The position numbers were made by a program, and so were the translations under genes. The notes beneath the pieces are model-generated. The model made no database searches and was not told the origin of the DNA. It saw nothing but the letters and a program-made list of their open reading frames with translations. This document shows, one piece after another, positions 28,175 through 37,548 of a stretch of 64,000 nt of DNA (the stretch's first letter is position 1; each line of letters starts with the position of its first letter). Source of the stretch: a virus (lineage: Duplodnaviria > Heunggongvirae > Uroviricota > Caudoviricetes). The stretch lies in IMG/VR virus record IMGVR_UViG_3300006143_000002; one strand, given 5' to 3'.

Positions 28175-28927
28175 TTATTTACCTCTCTTTTTCATATATT
28201 TTTTAAAATCATCTACTGTACACTCTTTACATAATATATCTTTGTCAACATAAAACCCACTTTTAACAAGTTGACCACACTCTTTACATTTTAAAAGCAT
28301 ATCATTACCTGCCCTAATAGGTTTTATTGTAGTGTTATCAGCAGTACGTCTTTTTGGCTTATCTTTCTTATTTAATTTCTTTACTTTTTTATCAATTACT
28401 TTTACTGCTTCTTTTATATTATTCGTTACAGTTTCCATTTCTTCTTTCCTTTGTTTCTTTACATTTTCTATTTCTGGGTGAACTCTTTTTGTTATTTCAT
28501 ATACAATTTCATCTCTAATTGCTTTCTTATCTACATAACCACATTGTACATCTATTCTATCTTCATATTCTTTTACAAGTTTTCCTTGACACCTTTCACA
28601 GGCACTTTTTACATAAGAATTTTTAGTTCTTACAAGCAATCCACACGGACTATAATATGCTTTATATAACTTATCAGCATCCATATAATTTGCTTCTATT
28701 TTTCTAGGCTTTTTAGATTTAACTTGATTCACTTTAGTTTCTTTTTGTTTATTCTCTTGTTTAATTTTTTGTTCTTCTTTAATTTCTATATTTTTTATAC
28801 TACTTATTATAATATTTCCTGTAGTATCATCAAACGATATATCAATATAACCATCTCTGGTTATATTAGTATGTTCTCTTATTTCTTGTGGAATTGTTAA
28901 TCTGTATTTAGATAATTTATATTTCAT
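28175..28927 (-). CDS. AbrB/SpoVT-like N-terminal DNA-binding domain with Cys clusters
   Basis: YRLTIPQEIREHTNI...IDISFD...NIII; CERC and CKEC...CKEC motifs. Confidence 0.6.
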   Translation of the reverse strand: MKYKLSKYRLTIPQEIREHTNITRDGYIDISFDDTTGNIIISSIKNIEIKEEQKIKQENKQKETKVNQVKSKKPRKIEANYMDADKLYKAYYSPCGLLVRTKNSYVKSACERCQGKLVKEYEDRIDVQCGYVDKKAIRDEIVYEITKRVHPEIENVKKQRKEEMETVTNNIKEAVKVIDKKVKKLNKKDKPKRRTADNTTIKPIRAGNDMLLKCKECGQLVKSGFYVDKDILCKECTVDDFKKYMKKRGK

Positions 28928-28939
28928 ATTTATATCCTC

Positions 28940-29755
28940 CTAAAATGGCAACCCATCTTTATGTGGTGCATATACTTTAATAGGCTGTCCTTTATAATCA
29001 TTTACTATTATTATATTTATATTATCTACAACAGCATCTACAGGTGCTAATTCGTATTTAAAACCATCAGCAACAATTTCTTTTTGTTCTTTAGGCTTTT
29101 TGATACTATCTGTTGCACACCTTCCTAAAAATAAATCATTAAACCCACATTGACTATACTTATCCATTCCTTCTGAATTTCCTTCTACAAAATAAGTAGC
29201 CATTACATCAGCAGTATGCAATAATAAAGATTGTGGATACTTTTCAAAAGCATTAGATGTAAGTACATCATAAGGCATTCTATCCGAAAATCCCATGTGC
29301 CATCTAATCATCATTGATTCTATTGCACTCAACTTAACACCTCTATTTTGAATAATTAAAACACTTTTTTCACCATGTCCATAAGGTAATAAGTCATCTG
29401 TTTTATAAAATGGTTCTTGTACCCATTCATTATCTCTTTTAACATTTCGCATCTCTGTTATATATGTATTTGCCTTACAAATATCGTGTAATAATGAAGT
29501 TAATATAATAGTGTCTTCAGGTATTTGTAATAAATCTATATAAGGTTTTAAATCTTTTGAAAAACAATAATAAACATTTAAAGAATGCTCTAACAAACCA
29601 CCTTTACAGTTTAGATGATACCTTGTACTTGCAGGAGCTGTTTTAAAATCAGAGTTATCTAACCATTCTATCAAACCCTCTATTCCTTCTCTTCTTGTTT
29701 TCAGTAACAAATCAACATATTCATGCCATCTCTTATCAATATCTTCTTCATTCAT
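28940..29755 (-). CDS. HD-domain phosphohydrolase
   Basis: HLNCKGGLLEHSLNVY, LLHDICK, GHGEKS, IRWHMG, LLHTAD. Confidence 0.8.
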   Translation of the reverse strand: MNEEDIDKRWHEYVDLLLKTRREGIEGLIEWLDNSDFKTAPASTRYHLNCKGGLLEHSLNVYYCFSKDLKPYIDLLQIPEDTIILTSLLHDICKANTYITEMRNVKRDNEWVQEPFYKTDDLLPYGHGEKSVLIIQNRGVKLSAIESMMIRWHMGFSDRMPYDVLTSNAFEKYPQSLLLHTADVMATYFVEGNSEGMDKYSQCGFNDLFLGRCATDSIKKPKEQKEIVADGFKYELAPVDAVVDNINIIIVNDYKGQPIKVYAPHKDGLPF

Positions 29756-29776
29756 AATATGTAGTACCTCCTATAT

Positions 29777-29823
29777 TTTATAACATCTTAATAGAGTTTT
29801 ATCCTCAATATTATTAACATCTT
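29777..29823 (-). promoter_or_regulatory. Two tandem class II promoter motifs
   Basis: AAGATGTTATAAA (29777-29789) and AAGATGTTAATAA (29811-29823). Confidence 0.65.
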
Positions 29824-29833
29824 TCAGACCATA

Positions 29834-29857
29834 AAAGGTATGCAAAAGCATACCTTT
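29834..29857 (-). terminator. Intrinsic terminator
   Basis: AAAGGTATGC-AAAA-GCATACCTTT perfect stem. Confidence 0.8.
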
Positions 29858-29869
29858 ACTTATTATAAA

Positions 29870-30250
29870 TTATAGATTTTCATTTAACCAAACAATTAAA
29901 TCTTCTCTTTCTTCTATCTCTTTTATTAACTTCCCATTCTCATAAATATTATATCTATACATCATAGTAAAATCTTGTTTTGTTATATCTAAATTTCTTT
30001 TTGTAGACTTAAAATGATATGTTGTATATGTCCACCCAAAATTTTCTTTTTGTAATCTGTTTGTAAAAGATATATCATAATTATCTTGTATATCTTGATT
30101 TAGCCTTTCTAATACAAATTGTGTATATTTATTCTTACTATCTAATAAATTAACTGCACATTCCCAACTTATCCAACCCAAGTCTAATTGTCTTTCTTTT
30201 GATGGGAAATTATTTTTATTTACCTCTTCTAACCACTTACTTATAATCAT
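29870..30250 (-). CDS. Hypothetical protein in its own promoter-terminator unit
   Basis: AGGAGG RBS, class I promoter upstream, terminator downstream. Confidence 0.7.
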   Translation of the reverse strand: MIISKWLEEVNKNNFPSKERQLDLGWISWECAVNLLDSKNKYTQFVLERLNQDIQDNYDISFTNRLQKENFGWTYTTYHFKSTKRNLDITKQDFTMMYRYNIYENGKLIKEIEEREDLIVWLNENL

Positions 30251-30290
30251 ATTATATCCTCCTACCTTATTATTTACCTATTATATTATG

Positions 30291-30319
30291 ATTATACTAT
30301 AAGTTTTAAAATATGTCAA
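30291..30319 (-). promoter_or_regulatory. Class I promoter (perfect consensus)
   Basis: TTGACA-TATTTTAAAACTTATAG(17)-TATAAT. Confidence 0.9.
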
Positions 30320-30325
30320 GTGTTT

Positions 30326-30694
30326 TTATAAAATTTTTACAAGCCATAATTCATTTGAAAATAATCTATAAAAATCATAACCATCTTTATTTATTATTAA
30401 ATTATTCTCTTTATACTTATTATATGTATCATTTGACATATAATATACCTTATTTGTACCAAACTTACTTAAATCTATATTTATTAATGAACTTAAATCT
30501 ATATCAAATTCTAAATTTGGGTCTTTTATTATAGTTATTTTAGATTTATCTGTATTTCTCAATATATATTTATTTTTACCTGATTCTATAATTAAACCAC
30601 AAAGCATAAAATCATTTAACTCAGATTGACTACAAATAAACTCATTACAATTACATAATTCTTTATATCTATCATATATCTCACTTGTTTTCAT
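30326..30694 (-). CDS. Hypothetical protein
   Basis: 122-aa ORF. Confidence 0.55.
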   Translation of the reverse strand: MKTSEIYDRYKELCNCNEFICSQSELNDFMLCGLIIESGKNKYILRNTDKSKITIIKDPNLEFDIDLSSLINIDLSKFGTNKVYYMSNDTYNKYKENNLIINKDGYDFYRLFSNELWLVKIL

Positions 30695-30703
30695 AAAAAC
30701 ACC

Positions 30704-31414
30704 TTAAATCTTCCAAAATTCCTTATACTTTTTTGCAATAAGTGGTTGAACTTGGCTATTAAATAAATATGCAACCGTATCCCAAGTAATATCTTCTTCT
30801 AGTATTTGTGTATTTCCACAATCACATGTATTTACTATATGTAATTTATCATTATCAAATTTAATTTTAACAGAGTTTCCACATATAGAGCAATATGTTA
30901 ATACCCACTCACTTAAATTTAATTCCTTGCACCTTTTCTTAAAGAAATCACCCTTATATCTTGAAAATTTAATAGCTTGTTGCATCTGTCTTTCTACATC
31001 TATATTATTTCTAACATTATCCATCTTATTTATTGCATCTCTTAAATATGTTGTTGGTATTAAAATAGATAACTTATTTTGTAACATAATATAAGTATTT
31101 TCACTTCCAACTTGTAATGTTGGAAGCTTATTTACTTTTTTAGAAAATCTACCATTATAACCTATATAATATGGTACTTCATCATTATATTCACTTTTTC
31201 CATTTATCTCCCAGCTAAATACCAATGTGCAATCTTCTTGATATACTTCAATCCTATCATCAGAGGTTAATACTGGTCTTATTTTTATTTTTATCTTATC
31301 TTTCTGAAAAGTGTTCCTAAACCACTTATATAAAAATGGTCTTCTTTGTACCATTACAATATCACCATTTTGCATATTATCGCATTCATATTGAGATGGT
31401 TTAGGTATTGACAT
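30704..31414 (-). CDS. Hypothetical protein with C-terminal Zn ribbon
   Basis: CSICG...CDCG. Confidence 0.6.
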   Translation of the reverse strand: MSIPKPSQYECDNMQNGDIVMVQRRPFLYKWFRNTFQKDKIKIKIRPVLTSDDRIEVYQEDCTLVFSWEINGKSEYNDEVPYYIGYNGRFSKKVNKLPTLQVGSENTYIMLQNKLSILIPTTYLRDAINKMDNVRNNIDVERQMQQAIKFSRYKGDFFKKRCKELNLSEWVLTYCSICGNSVKIKFDNDKLHIVNTCDCGNTQILEEDITWDTVAYLFNSQVQPLIAKKYKEFWKI

Positions 31415-32504
31415 TTGTATTATCCTCCTTTTGATTGTTAGATTGTACTATAATATTTGGATTTGATATATCTTGTAAATTTCCATTCTCAACTTTATCT
31501 ATATTTTCAAGTACTACCTGAACAGCGTGTCTAATTTTCTTTCTTTTAACTACATCTAATCCATTTGTATCTTCAACTGTAACATTACTACTGTTATCTA
31601 CGATAAAGAAATTTTGTAGCTTTGGATTTCCTATAACAGACATTATCATATCATTAGTATCTTTTATGAGTGTGCTGATAAATTTTGTTGTTTCCATAAT
31701 TCTATCTAATCTCATCGTTGATATATCTTCCTCAATTCTATTAAACAACTCATCTTCTAATGTATTTAATGTATTTAAAAGTTTATCTACTCGAGTTAAT
31801 CTATTTTTTGCTTGTATTAGCATTCCTGCTCTTACTTTATTTTCAACTACTTTAAACTCCCTCAAAGTAAGGTCATCTATATAAAATTTATCATCCATCA
31901 TATCTGAAATAGTTATATCTTTATTACCTAAAATCTGTGGTAAGTTTTCCACATTGTTATCCACATTATCCACAATTTCATCTGTAACTTGTTCAATAAT
32001 TTCATCTGAAATAGATTCTTCAACTTTTTCTTCAAGTCCTAATTCTACAACAAAATCTGTTAAATATTGACCTTTATTCAAAACTATTTTAGTATGATTT
32101 TGAACATTATCTAAATCATATATCCAGCTATCCCAATTATTTAAAATAAGATTTATAAAATTCTCATTATTACCTCTATTTTTATATCTTTGTATAAATT
32201 CATCTTTCATGTCTATATTTGGATAAACTAATACATAATCTAATTTAACAGCATCAAGACACTTTCTTATTATAGAATGTTGACTTATTAAAACAACTTT
32301 ATATTCTGCATTTGCTTTCTTTATCGCTTCCAAATAGTTTATAGGATACTTTGGATTTTGTGTTCTTTTATTATCTCCTTTTGTTGCCTCTGTATTTCCA
32401 TTTTCTAACCATTTAAAATTTCCACTTTCTAAATCTATAACATCTTTACCATATTTTTTAGCAAGTGTAGTTTTACCTACACCTGCAAATGCTGATACTA
32501 TCAT
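31401..32504 (-). CDS. P-loop NTPase/kinase domain fused to a helical C-terminal domain
   Basis: SAFAGVGKTT at N-terminus, VIDLESGNF; acidic linker then all-helical domain. Confidence 0.7.
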   Translation of the reverse strand: MIVSAFAGVGKTTLAKKYGKDVIDLESGNFKWLENGNTEATKGDNKRTQNPKYPINYLEAIKKANAEYKVVLISQHSIIRKCLDAVKLDYVLVYPNIDMKDEFIQRYKNRGNNENFINLILNNWDSWIYDLDNVQNHTKIVLNKGQYLTDFVVELGLEEKVEESISDEIIEQVTDEIVDNVDNNVENLPQILGNKDITISDMMDDKFYIDDLTLREFKVVENKVRAGMLIQAKNRLTRVDKLLNTLNTLEDELFNRIEEDISTMRLDRIMETTKFISTLIKDTNDMIMSVIGNPKLQNFFIVDNSSNVTVEDTNGLDVVKRKKIRHAVQVVLENIDKVENGNLQDISNPNIIVQSNNQKEDNTNVNT

Positions 32505-32866
32505 TATTTTATATCCTCCAAACCAATGACTATACTTGTTAATGAACTGCTTAATGATTTTGTTACTCTCATTACAGAAGTTACTAATCTATTTAAGTTT
32601 TCAATAGAATATTTTTCAAGGTCATTATTTATAATTAATCTATCTAGCATTTTATTTACTTTATTGTCATAGTCTATACTTATTTTAGATATTCTTTCTT
32701 CAATTCTTTTACTTAACATATCAGATTTAACTTCTACCCTATGACTTATAATATCTGCTTGTAGATATTTAATAATACTTTCATCTAAACAAAATATATT
32801 CTTTACAATATCATATCTGTATCTAGTAGGATATAAATATACTTTAGGCTTTGTTATTATTTTCAT
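32504..32866 (-). CDS. Hypothetical protein
   Basis: 120-aa ORF. Confidence 0.55.
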   Translation of the reverse strand: MKIITKPKVYLYPTRYRYDIVKNIFCLDESIIKYLQADIISHRVEVKSDMLSKRIEERISKISIDYDNKVNKMLDRLIINNDLEKYSIENLNRLVTSVMRVTKSLSSSLTSIVIGLEDIK

Positions 32867-32875
32867 ATATACCCC

Positions 32876-33298
32876 CTAAAATAATCTATTTCTTTTTCTA
32901 CCTCTAAATACTTGATTTCCATTCTCCTTTAAGTAATTGTAAAATCTTTCAATAGTATTACTTGCATCTTCCTTACTAATATTTAGTTCTTTTAGTTTAA
33001 CTCTTTTATAGCTATCTTCAAAATCTGCACCATCTATTTTTACATATTGGAATAATAGTAAATGTTTCAATGCAAGTCTTAACTCTTCTTGTGTTGGTAT
33101 CTTTAAAGTTCTACCACCATAATATTTTATAAATTTTTTAAAATTAGAATATTCATCAAACATAAAGCATAATTCTGCTATATCTTTATAACTTTCATCA
33201 TTGGTTAGATATGATAGCAATAAGATATTAAGAACATAATGTTCTTCCTCTGTAAGTACCTTATTTAATTTCTTTTCAAAATCACTTTGTTTCATCAT
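32876..33298 (-). CDS. Mor transcription activator-like protein
   Basis: FIKYYGGRTLKIP matches the Mor-family GG..(I/L)xIP motif; ends RNRLF. Confidence 0.5.
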   Translation of the reverse strand: MMKQSDFEKKLNKVLTEEEHYVLNILLLSYLTNDESYKDIAELCFMFDEYSNFKKFIKYYGGRTLKIPTQEELRLALKHLLLFQYVKIDGADFEDSYKRVKLKELNISKEDASNTIERFYNYLKENGNQVFRGRKRNRLF

Positions 33299-33312
33299 AT
33301 CTCACTCCAATT

Positions 33313-33489
33313 TTAGATATTACCTTGTTTCATTTCCTCTGCAATATCTATTAAATTTTTACTCTTTTTCTTTCTCTCTTCAAGGTATAGTTGAAAACAG
33401 TGATAACCATACCCTCTTTTTTGTGCCTCTTCTGTTTTCAACCTTCTATGACATCTTTTACACCTTAAATATTTTTGATTCAATTTCAT
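33313..33489 (-). CDS. Small Zn-finger protein (DUF6011-like)
   Basis: Manual translation MKLNQKYLRCKRCHRRLKTEEAQKRGYGYHC...; AAGGTGG RBS. Confidence 0.6.
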   Translation of the reverse strand: MKLNQKYLRCKRCHRRLKTEEAQKRGYGYHCFQLYLEERKKKSKNLIDIAEEMKQGNI

Positions 33490-33509
33490 GGTTTTCTACC
33501 ACCTTATTA

Positions 33510-35150
33510 CTATATTATTGGTACATTTGGTTGAATAAGTTGTAATAAATTTTGGTCTTTTTCATTTTCCTCTATAATTGCACCACCCATAGTAAGTATA
33601 GTTCCTGCTACACTAGCAGCATTTAAAACACAATATCTATCAACTTTTACTGCATTTATAACACCAGTTTCAATTAAATCTTCATATTCATTTGTTAAAG
33701 CATTAAATCCTTTTTGTATTTCAATACATTTCATTACCACATCTTTACCATCAAATCCAGCATTGTTAGCAATTTGTTGTGTAACTTTGGTTAAAGATTC
33801 TTGCATTATAGTATAAGCTGTTGCTTTTTCTAATGACATGTTTGATAAATCTTCTGATATTTCATTAGCAACTTTTAATAAACTATATCCACCACCTGCA
33901 ACAATTCCTTCTTCCATAGCTGCTTTGACTGAATTTAAAGCATCTTCAACTCTTAATTTAGTATCTTTTATTTCCACGTCTGAATTTCCACCTATTTCTA
34001 TAACAGATATTCCACCAGCTAAATTGGCAATCCTTTTATCATATTGAGTTGTATCCTTACCTACACCTAAAGTCTTTTTCTGTTCTAATAGTTCCTCAAC
34101 TCTTGCAGTTCTATCTTCTAATAAATTAACTCCAAAAGAATTTACATCTTTAAATTTTAATATTGTTTCATCTAATTCTATTTTTGCACTACTTAATTCA
34201 CCAAACCAAGAAGAATTAAATGATTTAATAGGTCTTCCTGCCTCTCTACTAATTGTTGTGGAACCTGTTGCAATACATAAATCATCTATCATAGAATTTT
34301 TTAAGTCCATATTAAATCCAGGAAGTCTAATAATGTTTACATTTAATGCTCCATTAGCTTTATTCATTACAATAAAATTTAAAGGTTCAACATCTATATC
34401 TTCACATATAATTAGCAATCTTCTGCCTTCTTTATTACAAGTATCTAATATAGGTAATAAATCTGGTACATTATCTAGTCTATCCTTTGATATTAAAACA
34501 CTAACATCATCTATCTCTGATACAAGTGTTCTTCTTTCTAATAAATATGGAGATACAGAGCCATTTGGTAATCTCATTCCCATTACAGAAGTTAAACCTG
34601 TAATTCCAGTTTTACTATCTTCTACAATTACTGTTCCATGTTCACCAGCTTGTTTAAATGCATCTGCAATAAGTTCGCCAGTTTTCTCATTACCACTTGA
34701 AATAGTTGCAACTCTCTTAATTGATTCATCATCTTTAACTTCAATAGCACTTTCTAATAATTTATTACTAATATCTTCTGCTATATTATTTAATTCTTTT
34801 TGTATTTGTACTGGATTTAAGTTTAAGTTACTTAATGTTTCAAAACCCTTATTTATCATTTCAGATGCTAATACAGTTGTAGTTGTTGTTCCATCTCCTG
34901 CTACCATATTTGTTTTATTTGCAGCAGATATTATTAGTGCTGCTCCTGCATCCTCTGTATTATCTTTTAATTTTATTGATTTTGCTATCGTAACACCGTC
35001 ATTTGTTATTACTGGAATGCTTCCATTCTCTCTAATCAAAACATTTCTACCTTTTGGTCCTATTGTTGTTTTTACAATATTTGAAACAGAATTTATACCT
35101 TTTATAATTGATTTTTGAGCATCATCACCAAACTTAATATCTTTACTCAT
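33510..35150 (-). CDS. groEL: Chaperonin GroEL
   Basis: TIGPKGRNV, ITNDGVTIAK, AGDGTTT, EEGIVAGGG; no GGM tail. Confidence 0.95.
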   Translation of the reverse strand: MSKDIKFGDDAQKSIIKGINSVSNIVKTTIGPKGRNVLIRENGSIPVITNDGVTIAKSIKLKDNTEDAGAALIISAANKTNMVAGDGTTTTTVLASEMINKGFETLSNLNLNPVQIQKELNNIAEDISNKLLESAIEVKDDESIKRVATISSGNEKTGELIADAFKQAGEHGTVIVEDSKTGITGLTSVMGMRLPNGSVSPYLLERRTLVSEIDDVSVLISKDRLDNVPDLLPILDTCNKEGRRLLIICEDIDVEPLNFIVMNKANGALNVNIIRLPGFNMDLKNSMIDDLCIATGSTTISREAGRPIKSFNSSWFGELSSAKIELDETILKFKDVNSFGVNLLEDRTARVEELLEQKKTLGVGKDTTQYDKRIANLAGGISVIEIGGNSDVEIKDTKLRVEDALNSVKAAMEEGIVAGGGYSLLKVANEISEDLSNMSLEKATAYTIMQESLTKVTQQIANNAGFDGKDVVMKCIEIQKGFNALTNEYEDLIETGVINAVKVDRYCVLNAASVAGTILTMGGAIIEENEKDQNLLQLIQPNVPII

Positions 35151-35364
35151 TATCTTTTCTCCCTTCTATAATTTTAATCTCAACATCATTATTTTTAAAT
35201 AGAATCTTATTATTAGGAAAAATAGATTTCATATTATTATATATATTATTTATAGATTCTTGGTTTAAAGTTTTATCTTTAAAATCAAAAACTACAATAT
35301 CATTTTCTTCTAAATGTATTTTTGATAATTCACCAATTTCAATACCATTATCTAATACTTTCAT
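35143..35364 (-). CDS. Small hypothetical protein
   Basis: 73-aa ORF coupled to groEL. Confidence 0.55.
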   Translation of the reverse strand: MKVLDNGIEIGELSKIHLEENDIVVFDFKDKTLNQESINNIYNNMKSIFPNNKILFKNNDVEIKIIEGRKDNE

Positions 35365-35626
35365 CTACCTCTCCCCTATCAAACATTTCAAAAATATTAT
35401 CCTCAACATAACTCCTAAATTCTCTTGTTATCGGATGTACTGTGTCTACTATCTTATCATGTAATTTTTTATGTGGAAAACTAATAAATCTTCTCTCATC
35501 TGTTTGAATAATTTGAATATTATGTATTACCAAACATTCATTTAATGTTATAGATGCTTCTCCTATTAATCTTCCTAAATTATTTAATTTTTTTATCTTT
35601 ATATCTGTAATTTCAATACCATTCAT
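35348..35626 (-). CDS. spoVG: SpoVG-family nucleic-acid-binding protein
   Basis: ITDIKI...ASITLNECLVIHNIQII...FISFP...DTVHPITREFR. Confidence 0.85.
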   Translation of the reverse strand: MNGIEITDIKIKKLNNLGRLIGEASITLNECLVIHNIQIIQTDERRFISFPHKKLHDKIVDTVHPITREFRSYVEDNIFEMFDRGEVDESIR

Positions 35627-35937
35627 TATTGGTTATCCTCCTCAATTATTGATAATACGTGACTTTCAGATAATATTGTATATTCATTTTTACCATCACT
35701 AAAACTTTCTCCTTGATGTTTAGATATAACAATATTATCTCCTACTTTTACTTTTAATGGTACTATTGAACCATCACTTAATAATCTTCCATCTCCAACT
35801 GCAACTATTTCAGCAACTAGGGTTGTATTTGATGTTTGGCTCATGTCTTTCTGATATACCAAACCTGTTTCAGAATGTATCTCCTGTGTATTTTTCATCT
35901 TTACTACTATTTTGTCGTAAATAGGCTTCAATACCAT
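35626..35937 (-). CDS. groES: Co-chaperonin GroES
   Basis: LKPIYDKIVV, EIVAVGDG, VKVGDNIV, EYTILSESHVLSII; start reset to MVLKP. Confidence 0.9.
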   Translation of the reverse strand: MVLKPIYDKIVVKMKNTQEIHSETGLVYQKDMSQTSNTTLVAEIVAVGDGRLLSDGSIVPLKVKVGDNIVISKHQGESFSDGKNEYTILSESHVLSIIEEDNQ

Positions 35938-36223
35938 AATTGTTCTCTCCTTCTTCATTTTCAAATTGATTTTTAAATGTATTCTTTTTAGGTTCTTTGG
36001 TATGGTCACCACAAACCACCCAAAAAGGTGTATAATACTTACCATCAGAATCTCTCATAAAACCATTATAATTCATATCTCTTGCAACTTCTAATGCTTC
36101 TTCTCTATTATTCCAATATTTGATTCCCTTAGGTAATTTAGAAATACAACTTAAACCTGTTGATTTATAATAACCTACCAATGTTTCTTTATTTAGATTA
36201 TATACTTTAAGGAAATATTGCAT
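35870..36223 (-). CDS. Hypothetical protein (3' end overlaps groES)
   Basis: AGGAGG RBS; 117-aa ORF. Confidence 0.55.
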   Translation of the reverse strand: MQYFLKVYNLNKETLVGYYKSTGLSCISKLPKGIKYWNNREEALEVARDMNYNGFMRDSDGKYYTPFWVVCGDHTKEPKKNTFKNQFENEEGENNYGIEAYLRQNSSKDEKYTGDTF

Positions 36224-36235
36224 AACAAATTCCTC

Positions 36236-36526
36236 CTATAATTCCATTATCTGCTTACCATATTCTTCTGCTACTAAATGCTCTATTCTACAACCTCTTG
36301 CATTTTCCCAACCGCTCATACATACTAAAATATCTGCTTCTGCTAATAATTCTAATGATTTTGCTAAATAGCATATTGGGTCATCTTTAGAAACATCATC
36401 TGCTGTAAGAACTGTATCTAAAACATCATATCCTTGTTCTTCTAAAACTTCTACCAATTCTTTTCTTTCTTCTTCTATTTCTTTATTTGTTTTATTTCCC
36501 ATTGGTTGACTTATCATTGCAATCAT
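36236..36526 (-). CDS. DUF4406 / nucleoside deoxyribosyltransferase-like protein
   Basis: ISQPMG...LLAEADILVCMSGWENARGCRIEH. Confidence 0.7.
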   Translation of the reverse strand: MIAMISQPMGNKTNKEIEEERKELVEVLEEQGYDVLDTVLTADDVSKDDPICYLAKSLELLAEADILVCMSGWENARGCRIEHLVAEEYGKQIMEL

Positions 36527-36539
36527 CTATAACACCACC

Positions 36540-36893
36540 TTACTTATTTCTACTATACTTAACATATCCATACTTATTTTGTTTATCTATATAGATTATT
36601 CCATAATCTACAATAAAGAAGTCATTATCAACTAACTCTGCCATATAATTATTTAAAAATTCTTCCATTGTTTTATGTACTTCTTCACAATCACACATTG
36701 TTATTTCTCTGTACATTGGACTGTCTAAATCTATATTATCTTTAACCATTCTATTATATTCACTTTCTAATAGTGGTATTATTTTAATTAACTTTTGATT
36801 TATTGCAACAGATGTATTATAATCTTGTTTTGAGGCTATATTTCTAATTTCTTTTAAATCCTCTATTCCCTTTTCAAGGTCTTGTCTTCTCAC
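36540..36893 (-). CDS. Hypothetical protein
   Basis: 117-aa ORF. Confidence 0.55.
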   Translation of the reverse strand: MRRQDLEKGIEDLKEIRNIASKQDYNTSVAINQKLIKIIPLLESEYNRMVKDNIDLDSPMYREITMCDCEEVHKTMEEFLNNYMAELVDNDFFIVDYGIIYIDKQNKYGYVKYSRNK

Positions 36894-37065
36894 TACTTAC
36901 CTCCTTATGAACACATGCTTTACTATTATAACTTCTAAACCTGTTCCATGGTCTGATTTGTGTTTCTAAACTAGTACAATTTCCATCAATTCCATTCGAT
37001 GTTTCAAAATAGAAACAATTACCACATTTTCCTTTAAAGTCTGTCGTTCTAACTTCATATATCAT
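36874..37065 (-). CDS. Small Cys-rich hypothetical protein
   Basis: MIYEVRT...CGNC...C...C. Confidence 0.5.
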   Translation of the reverse strand: MIYEVRTTDFKGKCGNCFYFETSNGIDGNCTSLETQIRPWNRFRSYNSKACVHKEVSSEKTRP

Positions 37066-37066
37066 A

Positions 37067-37537
37067 TTATTCTCCTGTTGAACCAAACCCAGAAGTTCTT
37101 TCTGCTGTAATAGTATCTTCTTCATTAACAATATAATATTTTTCAAATATTCCTTGTCCTAATTTACAACCATATTCTAATGTAACTGGCTCATCTTTAA
37201 TATTCACAAATGCAAATGCAATTTCTCCTTCATTATCAGGGTTATTATAATAGTCTGCATCTACAATTCCAACACCATTTGCTAATACTAATCCTAATTT
37301 CTTTGGATTTGAGCTTCTGTTGTATAATTTTAATACAAAATCATCTGGAAATAATGCTTTAATTCCTGTCTTTACATACTTAATTTCCTTCGGTTGAATT
37401 GTAACTGTTTCTGGATTTATAAAGTCATACCCTGCTGACTTCTTTGTGCTTCTATATGGTAATCTCATTTCAGAACCATCTGCACTTGGGTCTACACCGA
37501 TTTCTTTTAGCCTATTTACATATTCAAATTTAATCAT
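37067..37537 (-). CDS. dut: Trimeric dUTPase
   Basis: SAGYDF, RSS, GIVDADYYNNPDNEGEI, LGQGIF, RTSGFGSTG. Confidence 0.92.
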   Translation of the reverse strand: MIKFEYVNRLKEIGVDPSADGSEMRLPYRSTKKSAGYDFINPETVTIQPKEIKYVKTGIKALFPDDFVLKLYNRSSNPKKLGLVLANGVGIVDADYYNNPDNEGEIAFAFVNIKDEPVTLEYGCKLGQGIFEKYYIVNEEDTITAERTSGFGSTGE

Positions 37538-37548
37538 TGAAAAACCTC

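Noticed and set aside
34258-35118. 286-aa plus-strand ORF and similar ones (e.g. 19283..19885, 532..879, 9776..10048, 42299..42529, 63369..63602)
   Set aside because: Antisense shadows of well-supported genes (groEL, dnaN, SNF2 helicase, etc.) with no RBS or plausible composition
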